From Raillietiella orientalis (lineage: Eukaryota), in NCBI GenBank assembly GCA_036172245.1, contig JAYWIR010000052.1, forward strand, positions 434,001 through 498,000: a DNA stretch of 64,000 nt. Direction: 5' to 3'. Both the position numbers and the translations under genes were made by a program. This document shows, piece by piece, positions 1 to 11,055 of the stretch. Every line of letters begins with the position of its first letter. The stretch's first letter is position 1. The notes below the pieces were generated by a model. It had not been told where the DNA came from and searched no databases. It saw only the letters and a program-made list of their open reading frames with translations.

Positions 1-3000
1 AAAGGGCGCTGGGGACAGGGGTAGAGGATCCCCGCTGGACCGCTGTCGGCCGGCTGGAGCAGCGGCGACGAGCGCCACCGCTTCCTCCTTTTCCTCTTCC
101 CTCCATGCCCTTTTCCTATCCACTGCCTCCACCCCGTCGCGACTCGAGCGCGCTGCTGCCACCTGACAGGAGTGTCGGCAAGCTGTCCTCCCGGGAGGAG
201 CGGCGATCAAGGGGGACGCGCTCCCTTCCCTTCCGGATGCTGACCGCACGCTCGTACGAAGGGAGTACATGCGGGGAGGGCACTGGGACCTCGTAACAGG
301 ACTCTGGGCATCCAACGCCTCCAGATGGGCGTCTCTTTGGCCACCTCCGGGTGCTCCTTCCGCACCTCCCCCTCTTCTCCACCTTCCCGGAGGAGGCACG
401 AGGATCGGGAAGACGATGGGAGGAGCTTCAGTGACCCTCCGGAGGACGGAGAAGGGAAGGGACCATTTCCTGGCACGAACTCCTCTCCCAGGGGGGGAGG
501 AGAGAGACCCCGCCCCAGCGGTCCAGGTCCGCCCGCTACCCCGGGATTCCCCTTTCAGCTTCTCCCATCCCTCTCGGGAGGATTTCGCTCCTGTGAGAAA
601 AAAGGAAGAGGGGAGGTCATCGCTCGGGGGGAGGAGAGGATCATCGCGGGTCCCCCGGACACGCCAACTCCCCAGAGCATCCCGCGGAAGGCAGAGGGCA
701 CGGAACTCAGGGCGAAGTCCCGTGACGTCCCGAGATCTCGCGGCTCTCCTGCACTGCTCCTCGCTCTCCCCGGAAGGAGGAGGAGATGCACGAGGTCAGC
801 AACGCCTCAAGGGAAGTACCTCCCAGGGAGGGGCCGCGCCCGCCTCCTCCTCTCCCTCACTGTCCGCGTCGTCGTTTCCATCTCGCGATTTCGCGTTTCC
901 CTGGAGACCAGCAGAATCTCTCCCGCTTTGACGCTTCTTCTACTCCGCGGAAAGCCGCCTTTTGGCGGAGGTCTTCCATCCACGTCCCTATCCGCTTGCC
1001 ACCCATCCCTCCCACGTGCCCACCCATTTTCCTTCCGCCTACCTCCCACTCCTCCTCCACCTGCTGGTTCCATCACCTTCGTCGTCGTGTCTTCATCACC
1101 GATCCATGCGTGGACCCGTTGCCTAGCAAACCGTCCCGTCGTCTCTTGCCGCCGTCATCCTCCCTTCTGTGTCCACGATCCTGGGCGGATGGCGCTGTCC
1201 TTCTGCCTTGCCCCGCATTCCACCTGCTCACCCTCCTCGCGGCATCTCCGGATGAGCCAACGGGCAACGGCAAGTCAAAGAGGGTGCTCTCTCCTTTCCT
1301 TCGTCTGAACCCCGGGGCGAGGAAGAGGCGCCCCCCCTCAGTAGCATCTGCCGGATTCGTCGGGTGGACGACGGCAAGGGCGGGATGCTGGAGAGAGGGC
1401 GTAGAGTCGCCCCTGGAAGACCCTTCGAAAGACCAGGACCCTCTCCGCTCTGCCACAAGCTCTTCTTGCCTTCCCCTACGAGCCCTCCACCTCGTGGGGC
1501 AGGGAGGCGGGGGAGGTCACCTCGCAAATTGGACGCACTCCCTTCCTTGTCGTGAGGGCGGCGATTTCGGAGCGCTCGTGGAGGAGGTGGGAGTGGACCC
1601 AGGGACTGCTGGGAAGGGAAGGTCTGGATCCCCTCCAGAGCTTCGCTTCCGCTCACCCGTTCCCAAGATTCCTTTCCTTCCAGCGAGAGGGAAGGGGCGC
1701 CGCAGGTTCCTCGTCGTTCCCACTGCGGATTGGGGGGGACGGGATGGGAGGAGGACCCGCGCTTTTCCCGAAAGGCAGCGAATGAGGGGCCAGGGGGTGG
1801 GGTCCCCTAGGGAGGGGGCGGCTCCATCGAAGGCTATCCGGGATCTTCGCGGGTCGAGGAACCCCCCCTTCCTAGTCGTTCCCTTCTTTCCCCTCTAGTC
1901 TTTTAGGGATGCGGTGGTCCTTCCCTGTTATGTGGACTGCCCGGATGCGCGAGGGCGACGCGCAGGAGGCGCCACGCGATTCCTCAGGCGTGGACGCATG
2001 CGCCGCGTGCTCACTGCCGGCAGCACAGCCCGCTCGCGGTGCCTCCCGAGCGTCCGCAGAGAGAGGTCACGCGGCGGGGATAGTCGGCGCGATGAGACGC
2101 GACCGGTGGCAGAGCGAGGTGGTTTTTGCCTCCCGCTCTCATCGAGCAGGAAACCGCCACGCGCCACGGCTCTCTTTCCAAGATGACAGCAGCCGATCCG
2201 GACGCGAGAGCCACTGGAGACCCCGTGCAGGCGTGGATGCGCCCCGGCAAAGGTAGCTGGGGGAGGGGGCCGCCGGAAGCCTCGATCGCACCTGCCCCGC
2301 CGCGCTCATCCTCCGAGGCTGAAATCCACGAAGGGACTCTCCCTTTCCGGGCGGTGAAAATGGCAGCCGGGGACGTTCCTGGGGGTACGGAAGGTTTCCG
2401 GGAAGGGCGAAGTTCCGACGAACAGCCGAACGGGGGGGGAGGGGGGTCGCTTGGACCCTGCCGCAGCTCGGTCGGCCCGGCCGCCGCCCTCCTATCGCGG
2501 GGATCCTCTCGAGGGGGAAAAAAAAAGAAGAGCGCCTGTCGGAGTGCAACGCCGCCGCGGTCAACTTCTGAAGCAATTCCGTCTCTGCGCATTTGTTCGA
2601 CCCGTCGCGGAAACAATCGATCATTGTCGCTGCCCGCCGCCGCCTCCATTGTTGCCTGCGCGATTGCCGCAGCGCTTCTCCCCATTGTTGTCGCGATTGT
2701 GCTTTCCCAATGGCTGTGACGAAATTCCGAGCGCTTTTCTTGCACGCCGCGTCTCCTTCCCTCCTCCTGCGGCGCACCATGGCGACCAGCATCCGAGCGA
2801 GGGGCCGTCCCGCTGCCTCCGGGCAGGGCGAGGTGTCTTTTGACCTTTTGCCAGGGTCCGGCGTTCGGACGAGTGGCTTCAGCGACCGCCGTAGCCGTCG
2901 GCGGCTCGGCTGAAGCACTGCTGACAGCGCTGCAGCGCACGGCACGGGGGCGGCGAGGGTGAGACGACGAGCATGGCGGAAAGCCTCCAGCCTGCCCCCT

Positions 3001-5240
3001 CCGTCCCTCCCTCCCTTCCCCCTTATACCTGCGCCAAGCCACTTCCGGATTTTCGTCCCGGTCGGCGCTTCGTCTCTCGGCCGTCGGGCGGCGCCAGCGT
3101 GTCGGAATCCCGCGGAGTCTGCGTGGGCAGCCATCGCCCTACGTGTCGCTGGGGCGCTGCTCCTGCAAACTCCTCTCTCGAGGAGGTGGGGTGAGGGGGA
3201 AAGAGAGCAAATGACTCGCCCATCCTTTTTCCTCTCCCAGCGCAGGGGGATGGATGCCCTCTGCGCGCGCCCCCCGTGAAGTGGCGGGGAGGGAGCACGA
3301 GCCCCACCAGGCGCGCTGCCCGCGGCGACTGGCGCTTCCGGCCCCACTGTCTCGACCGCAAGGACGTCGGGCTCCTGCTGTTCTCACCTCGGCGTGGGCC
3401 TTCGGGACTCGGCAGGCACTCCCCCTCCTTTCCCCCTTCGCCCCCCCTTCGGCCGGAACCGCTCCCGGGGAAGAGGGTGGCGGCTCCGGGACGGGACTTG
3501 GCTTTCGCTCCGGGGCGCAGCGGAAGTCAGGCACGGGTCTGCGGCCCCGGCGGCGCTCGGCCTCCAGCTGCGCGACCTTGGCCCTCCCGCTCCGCCTCAC
3601 GCGTTCCCATTTAAGGGATCGGAATTAAATATTCACACGACCCCCTCCCCCTCCCGCAGCTTCCGCTTCGGCCCAGTGTCCATACCCCAATGCCCTCTCT
3701 CTCCCCCTCGCGTGCGCTCGCTTGTTTGCCCTCCCTGAGAGCTCGCTCTTCCCTACTCCGCGCGCGCCCCTCGTTGTTGGCTCGCACGCCACGCGCGCCT
3801 CGCCCGCTCCTCGCGGCTCGCGTCCCGAGGGCCGCGGGCCTTCCCTCTTCGGCTTCGGGAACGTCACATTCAGACGTAATCCCTCGGCAGTAAAGTTTCG
3901 ACCGGAGAGAGCGCGCCCCACTTTTAATTGTGGAGGGCAGGGAGAGATCCCGTGCTTCGGAAGGCTTTTTTTTTTTTTTTAATTCCTTGCGCCGAACGCG
4001 TTGCCGGGGGGAGCCCCACGACAGGATGGGGGATCGGCCTTAATGGGATGATGATTCATGCATGCGGATTTCAATTTCCACCTTTTAATCGGTCGTGCGC
4101 CGAGTTTATTTTTAGCCATCGCGGCGGCTTCCGCTGCGCCGTCCGAGAATTAATAATGGGTGATGACGCAACAGAGAGGAGCGCGCGGCGATGGCGGCGG
4201 AACGCGCGAGAAAAAACGCCCCTCCTTTGCGCATCGCAGGCGTTCAGAGGCGCTTTCGGGGCCGTGCTGGGAGGCGGCCCGCCGTTCCTTCCCACCCGGA
4301 GCATGCAGCCCTCTCGTAAACGCCCCTCGGACGCGGAGCCAGCGGGCAGGCAGGGGCACGACACAGCAGCCCTGCGGCGCGCGTGCAGCTGCATCAGCGC
4401 CGCCGCTCCTCTTCTTCGCCCCTGGCCCTACAGCGGCGGCGGCGGCGGGGGCGGCCCCTGCCAGAGGCGAGTTGCAGCACAGGGTGTGTGTTTTCGTTTT
4501 GGGGGGTGCGCGTCCGTCCCTGCTGGACCATATGTGCGATCCTTCTTCCCTCGCCCTCCTGATGCAGGTTCTTCCGCAGTCCCCCTCCCTGCCCGCGCAG
4601 TGGCGCTTCGGGTCACGCGACGCGCGCTGCTCCCTCATTTTCAATACCAAGGGCGGCGTGCGCTTCGGTCGGCACATCCTTTGAACTTTACGTGCGCGCA
4701 CGGCCATTCGTTTGACAGATTGGGCGCGCGTAGATGGGACGCCCGCCACGCCGACGGAGTAAGGGAACAGCTCGGGCACCCGCGGGCGTTTCGGGCTTTC
4801 CTTGACAGATCGCGTTCCCGGAGAGGCAGGCTCCACGGGCCGCTCCAGGGACCATATCGGTGCTCCCTCGCAGCATCCGTTCCCTCCCCTCGTTTCCCTT
4901 CTTCCGTTCCACCCTCCTAGTGGGCAACTTTTTTCCAGAAGTGCTTTCTCCTGAAAGCCCGAAGATGGGACCAAGGGGTGGCCTCGGGCTGCTGCTCGAC
5001 GGGGATACGGCTGAGCTTCTATTGGTCCCTCTGACGGGCTGCGTCGTCGTCTCCAACTGGGATTCCCGGAGCACTCCCTCCTGTGGAGGGCAGCAGAAAA
5101 GGGAAACAAGGGAACTGTTGGTTTCCGGGTTCCGTCGGAATTGGGCCCCTCGCTTCTAGGACGGGTGAATCGCATCTCCTGTTTCTAGGGTCCTCTGCCC
5201 CTGTGGGGGCTCGCACAGGAGCAGGGGTGCTGAGTGAAAT

Positions 5241-5282
5241 TTTCATCCGGTCACGCCGGGGCGTTTATTGTGAAAAAAAAAA
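5241..5282 (+). mobile_element. SINE/retroposon 3' end with A-tail
   Basis: CCGGTCACGCCGGGGCGTTTATTGTG followed by A10; matches 29870-29897. Confidence 0.6.
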
Positions 5283-7149
5283 TCTACAATTAAACAGTCA
5301 ATATAAATAAACGTCATCCCTCCGTAGCGGGGTTGCATCATCGCTGCTTGCCGACAGAGATCCGCACGGGGGAAACAAAGGGAGAAGGGCAGGGGAGGAG
5401 TAAACACACAAATAAATACCGAAAAAAATGCTTTGAAGGTTTCGGGGGGAAACGGAAGGGATCATGCTGACCTTCCCGGCGGCGTCCTCAGCATTGCTTC
5501 CAGGATGCCGGCAGACTCCTCCCTGAGATGCATGGCGTGCGGCCATCTCATCGCTGCCTTCGGGAAGGAGAAGACGATGGGGATGGCGTCCCTGGTGGTC
5601 AGGCCCCTTTCGGGGCAGCTTCGCGCCTCCACGACTCCACGAGGCAGCCCAGGGCTGCGACCGCCGCCGGGCGACAATGCGTTGCACGCGTGAAGATGCG
5701 TCTCAGCAACTCTTCCGGGTCGTCTTTTGGGGGGGCCGCTCCCGCACACTCCGGTGGGCGACTCGCTCGAAGAGAGGGTGCGCGAAGGTTCCCCGTCCGC
5801 CGCATTGCGTCCAGCTCGGAGTCTCACAGGGAGACCGCCTGGGAACCCCTGATACTGTAGACACTTTCCCTGGTCCAGCGACGAAGGCGTCCCTCCCGGG
5901 CCGCAGCACGAAGGGGCTTTGCTGTTCGTGCACGGGGGGCTCCCGTGCGGCCAGCGGCGGCATCGCTGGAGGGCAGCGCCTTCCCGAGCTGCGTCTGCTG
6001 CAGGGAGGTGGGAACTCCTGCGCACCTGCCGCTGAGATTCGGTGATCTTCGGAGCGCGTAAAAACGCCTCGCGGCCGCCCTATTTCGACCCCCCGACCCG
6101 AAGACGACCCGCAAGAGCTGCAGTGGCTCTGCTTCGCTCTGGACGAGGTCTTCGCCGCCTGCTCCCCCCACCATCCTGTACTTTGCGTCAGGCGGATCGT
6201 GGCGTCTCCGAGAAAGGAGCAGAATAGCTGGACCACTCTCCTCTCCTCAGCAGTGGCGAGGCACTTGGCCAATACCCCTTTGGGGATCCCAGGTGAAGGA
6301 GGACGACGTCTGCACCGCACGCAAGTTACGGAAGACTCAACGGCTGTGACCGGCGACCTCTGTTCCTTCCTCCCTCTCCCTTTATTTGCCTATGTATTGT
6401 CCCCTCCCCTACTCTCTCCCTGCCCTTCCGTGCAGCCGGCCTGCAAGTCGGTTGAGCCCTTTCTCCTTTGTTTTATCTCATCTGTAAAAGTTTCCCAGAC
6501 CAGTGGATTGGCTAATTCATGCGATCTGTTTGTTTGTTGGTAAACAAATGGCCCGGCTCAACTGGGTGAGAATGGTGCCGGCGTGAGTTGAGTGGAACAG
6601 CCCAATGCAGCAGCCGCGCCGCCGGGTCCTGCCAGTCCAGGGGAAGGAGACACCTCGGGGATCATCCAATTCCTCCAAGGGGATTCCAAGGAGATTTCCC
6701 AGGGGTAAGTCCCCTGGAGTGAGCGGTGGGGATGGAAGCTTCAGCCAGTTAACGCGCCGTGGAAGTTTCTTCCTGCGACCTCGCGGGACGCCTGCCACCT
6801 TGTTATCCGGTCTGCCGCTGTTCTCCCGTAGGGACAAAAGTGCTGCAGTTCAGTGAGGTTCTTTGGACCTAAGAGTTCTTCCTGAAGCTTTCGATGATCT
6901 GCAACGAGCGTACTTTGAGTGCCGCAGGCATCCGATGGCTCCGGGCTCATGGTGCTGATTTTCGCCCACCTCAGGACTCTTTCCTATTTCCAGACACTGC
7001 AGTTCTTGGGTCCAACAGGAGATCCAGGCGTGGTCGCGACCGAACAGGGTGTTGGGTGGAAAAGGTGCGAGGACGTCTCTGTCTGGACCAAATCTCAGGG
7101 GCTGGCCTCTTCAAGCCTCCTCACTCTCCTTTTCTCTTTGGTTAACGCC

Positions 7150-7293
7150 CGTTCCCTTGTTCAAAAACCCCTGAAGTGTTCGGAGGAGAACGTCATCATG
7201 TGGCTGATTTGGCTCAACCTGGACAAATTCCAATCGACAGGCGTTGGGCTAGCTGTCCTCAGCTAGGCGGACCTCAGGCAGAGGGCACTACAG
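7150..7293 (+). pseudogene. Decayed PNT/SAM (pointed) domain exon, Yan/ETV6-like
   Basis: Reads RSLVQKPLKCSEENVIMWLIW-LNLDKFQSTGVGLAVLS*ADLRQRALQ, against Yan/ETV6 (PxxWSREDVxxWLxW...LDFDLFQMNGKALCLLTRADFxxR). Internal deletion, TAG at 7264-66, upstream pyrimidine tract and a possible CAG|GTG donor at the end. Confidence 0.62.
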
Positions 7294-7430
7294 GTGCGAT
7301 GCCTTTGGCTCCTCCTTTGGCGTCTCGGGCGTAAAGCTTGGACCCGTCCGTCTTCTCAGGGAGGCGAGTGCCTCTACGTCTGCTGATCCAGACGAGCTCG
7401 CGACGCTGAAGTCCCACAAGGATATCAAAC

Positions 7431-7501
7431 TGATGAAGCACGGGTCATAGCCATGGAAACATCTACAAGGGTATTTCCATGGCTATGACCGCATCTCATC
7501 A
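7431..7501. other. Long hairpin (pre-miRNA-like or MITE footprint)
   Basis: Perfect 17-bp inverted repeat GGTCATAGCCATGGAAA (7443-59) / TTTCCATGGCTATGACC (7474-90), plus basal stem TGATGA (7431-36) / TCATCA (7496-7501). Confidence 0.6.
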
Positions 7502-8219
7502 CAACACAACTTTTGCGTGCAACAGATTTTCACAGCATCCTTCTGATGAAGAAGCACTAGAGGAATGCTGGCCTAAACATGCGGAGGAAAGGATTCCTTT
7601 CGAAGGATTGATCTGTTCGAGTCCAGTGGCTGATCCAGTTCTTCTGCTTCATCTTCTTCACTTTGATCTTAGCCAAAGGCCGAGAAGCGATGTGATGGAT
7701 GTTTTCCATCGGAAACACCCCTGTAGGTGTGGTGCACCTTGGTGGAGAAGGCTTCCCGATGGCGCCAGCTTAGAACTCTAAGGCCAGAACATATCCGCAT
7801 CCAAACTCGGATGCAGAGGACCCCTCGCGGCGAACTGTGATCCCTTCCCTCCCATAACCCCCCGTAAAACATTGCCCTCCCCTCGTATTTTTGTTTTTTT
7901 TTGTGGTTTCCCCTCCCCCTTCGCCAGCGAAGATGAGCTCACCGGCCTGAGGGCTAGTGTTCAAGACAGGCAGAACCACGGGTTCTGCCTCAAAAACTTC
8001 TAGACTTTATTATAAAATTTCATTCCTGAAATTTTAATAATAAATTCCCCGGCATATCCGGGTGAAAAACCTTGGCGGATGATGGGAAATCCTTTTTGGG
8101 TTCCCTAAGATACTGAGAAACCGTTGGCCTCTCAGAAGCGTCCCTCGACGATGCCACTACATACGGAGGGGAGGAGACTGCCAAAGCTATCCGAAGGTAC
8201 GTGCAACTCTAGAAACCTC

Positions 8220-8400
8220 CGACGGGACCACCGGGATGAATGTAGTGCGTTCCTCTCTGAATTCGGAGGTAACCAGAGGGAGGGAGGGCCCTATGTTTGT
8301 CTTCCAAGGGAACCCTGAAGGAAACCTTTTCCCTATTCTTACCGGAGGGACCCCATGGAGGGACCGCTCTTCATTTCTTCTTCGGAGGGAACTCCTAAAG
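8220..8400 (-). repeat. Dispersed repeat, partial inverted copy A
   Basis: AAGGGAACCCTGAAGGAAACCTTTTCCCTATTCTTACCGGAGGGACCCCATGGAG...TCTTCATTTC matches the reverse complement of ~30280-30365. Confidence 0.7.
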
Positions 8401-8989
8401 AGAACCACTCCTTGTTTACTCCTCTTACGGCCGCCAATGCGTTTTTTCTTTTTTCCCTGCTTCGAAGAGAAAACGATTGCTGGAAGGACCCGAGCACCAT
8501 CTGAGGTCAGAACAGGAGTCGCCGGTGACGAGGAGCTTTCACCTCTAAGCGCAAGAGGTCTCCCACGGTCAGGAAGCTGATCCTCCGGGTGTAAAAAGAG
8601 GCATCTTCCTCCATGGCAGCGAGGCACCCCTTAGGCACCTCCTGGACAGAAGACGCGGCCCATTGGGAGCTCCTGCCGTTTCGCAGAAAGCCGGCTCACA
8701 TCCCTGCTGGACGGGATGTGTTCTCCTAGCCGGGGGAACGCTCCGGTGCCATTGTCCATCCTTCCTGCTGCTCTCTTCCTTTGAATGGCCTTGGACAGCT
8801 TGCGAGCCAAAGCGGAGCATTGGTGGTACCGAGGTACGCGGGAGAAGAGGAGGAAGAGGAGGGGACAGGGAAGCGAAGTAGGATGAACCCTGATTCACTG
8901 CACCCTCAAACCACTCTTTCCGGTCCTGAGTGGATCCCGAAGACTGCTCGCACCAATCGAGCTCGTCGGGCAGTCGTAGATTCCATGAA

Positions 8990-9068
8990 AAGAAAAACGA
9001 AGAGCGGAAGCTTGCTGAAGTCACCAGGGTGACCAAGGAGAGTAGTTTCTTGGCGTTTCCATTTCGTC
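8990..9068 (-). pseudogene. Possible homeobox 3' exon remnant (NKL class, BarH-like)
   Basis: The minus strand has acceptor-like TTCTTCCAG|G ACG AAA TGG AAA CGC CAA = (R)TKWKRQ, then ETTLLGHPGDF. This matches the homeodomain helix-3 tail and the intron phase I recall for BarH-type genes. No upstream homeobox exon was recognised. Confidence 0.42.
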
Positions 9069-9481
9069 CTGGAAGAACCCTGGCGGGTCTGCTCCCGATT
9101 CTGGCTAGTCATCAGGGTCATCGGGGGTCATCGAGAGTCATGCCGGTGCCACATTCAAAGCCTGTGGTTCAACCAGCGTCCTGAAGGAAAACCCGAAACC
9201 CATGACGCAATCGTTCCCGGCGCCCATTTTCACGTGAGGGATTCGAAACTGTGACTCCAGGCGCCGCACGCGGCAACCGTAGCCACGCGGCCACCACACC
9301 ATCATCTTTATCCCTTGAACTTTCTTTTCCTCCTTCTTTTCCTATTTTCCCCCTTCACACTCTTTCTTTTTTTTTCTTTTTCTACCTTCCTCCCCCTCTC
9401 TTCCTTCCTACCGGACTTTCCCTTTTCTTTTCGCTTACTTTTCTAAATTTCCTCCTCCTTCCTTCCACCTTTTTCCCCATT

Positions 9482-9820
9482 CTTCTTTATGATACCTTTC
9501 TGGCGGATCGGTCTTTGTCGCAATTAAGGGCGGGACGGTTCTTCCTTTCACCCCCCGCAGCTCTGCAACCTGGACCGAATCTTCGATCTTGAAGACGCCG
9601 CTCTGCCTGTCCATCCACTTCACGCAGGGGCTCTGCTGCTGCTGCTAGGTTACAGGCCGACGGCTGCCGCAGGTGGATGGGAGAGCGGGCTTTGTTCTTG
9701 CGCTCGTCTTCTCGGTCTCCGTTCTCCGAGGCGGCGTCCCAGTCGGAAGACGTGAAGCCGGGACCGCTGGCGCCCAGGGGCGACAGGGACTGCGCGTGCC
9801 GCTCCGCCGAGAACGAGGAC
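9482..9820 (-). pseudogene. Decayed ETS-domain gene fragment, Ets98B/SPDEF-type
   Basis: The minus strand reads PIHLRQ / SPCVKWMDRQSGVFKIEDSVQVAELRG / RKNRPALNCDK / IRQKGIIKK across frameshifts. Compare SPDEF PIHLWQFL...[52 protein letters not shown]. Several indels; two invariant Trp are CGG (Arg). Confidence 0.88.
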
Positions 9821-9873
9821 GGGTTGATATCCGGTCACGCCGGAGCGATTCTTTATAAAAAAAAAAAAAAAAA
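9821..9873 (+). mobile_element. SINE/retroposon 3' end with A-tail
   Basis: GGTTGATATCCGGTCACGCCGGAGCG followed by an A17 tract; matches 29861-29886. Confidence 0.6.
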
Positions 9874-10534
9874 TGAACGCCTGTGGCATGGCGTTTGCTC
9901 CTGCCACGTTACTGCTAACTACGAGAAGGGACCTGCCGGGAACGGGCACGCGGGCCAGCGGGGTTCGCCTGGGCAGCACGGGGGAAGGGGAGGCGAACGG
10001 AAAGAAAAAATAAAATAAAATACGGTCCGAAAAATGGGAGGGCTGGGGAAGGGATCACCGGGTGCTGGAGGGCGTCCTCTGCATCCTTGCAAGGATGCCG
10101 GCAAGTTCCTGTTTCGAGACCCCCAGATGGGGACATGTTGACGCTCTTTTCATGAAGGGGACGGCAAAATAGATTGCGTCCCTGTCGTCCCGACCTCCTC
10201 TGGAGTTGCTCGATGCGGCCACGATCGCAGGTAGGCAGCACAGTGAGTGCTGCTGGGGATGCGTCCGGCGTGAGGGCGTCGCTCAGGAAGAGGCGCCCTC
10301 ACGCCTCTTCGTGCGCAGCGAGGATGGGGGGCGGACCTGTGGGAGGAGGAACTTTTCCTGTTTGCGCACGAACGACTTCTTCACCCACGACAACCACGAG
10401 GACGCCGCCGACTTCCACCCGCGGCAGCAGCGGCTCGACGGAAGCATCCACTTGCCCGTGGCAGCCAAGAAGGAAGGAAGAGAAATGGGAATGGGTGCGC
10501 CGTGTGTTCCCCGCAGGGTGACGCCAGCTGGCCT

Positions 10535-11055
10535 ATTCGGGTGCGGCGGCACTAGCGGAAGCCGGGAGCCTCCCCGCTGACCGGCAGGGATCGGAAGTCT
10601 ACCCTTCGGGGTCCTTCCGGGAAATTAAGGACTCCTTTCGGGTTCCCCCTCCCCCTCCTGTTGCAAAAATGGGCCCTCCATCGAGTACCGAGGATCTGAT
10701 TGATACCAACCTCGGGGGGTTCTCTCTCCAGAGTGTTGAGAAGAAGAAGTGCGCTGCTCCCTTCGGGGAGCGCCCTTCAGAGGAATCGGGAAGCGTCCCT
10801 TCGAGGTTTCTCTTCAGAAGAGGAAACGAGGAGAGGTTCCCTTGCGGGTTCCCTCCGGAAAAGAAATTTCAGGAGTGGATCCTTTCGAAGGGGTCCCACC
10901 GGAAAGAACAAGGAAGGGGTGGTTCCCTTCGGGGTTCCTTTCGGAAACAACCAGGGCAAGGGTTCCCTTCAGGGTTCCTTCCCAAGTGTGAGAGGAAGAC
11001 CCCTTCCTTTGGAACCTTCCTGGATTCATAAGGTGGTCCCTTTGGGGTTATCCCC
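10535..11055 (+). repeat. Dispersed ~520-bp repeat, copy B
   Basis: Colinear similarity to 29925-30440, e.g. shared GGAGAGGTTCCCTTGCGGGTTCCCTCC and CAGGAGTGGATCCTTTC. Internal GGTTCCCTTCGGGGTTCC subrepeats. Confidence 0.85.

Noticed and set aside
7430..7546. C/D-box snoRNA (TGATGA ... CTGA)
   Set aside because: No terminal stem and no recognisable rRNA guide; the C-box-like hexamer is explained as the basal stem of the hairpin.
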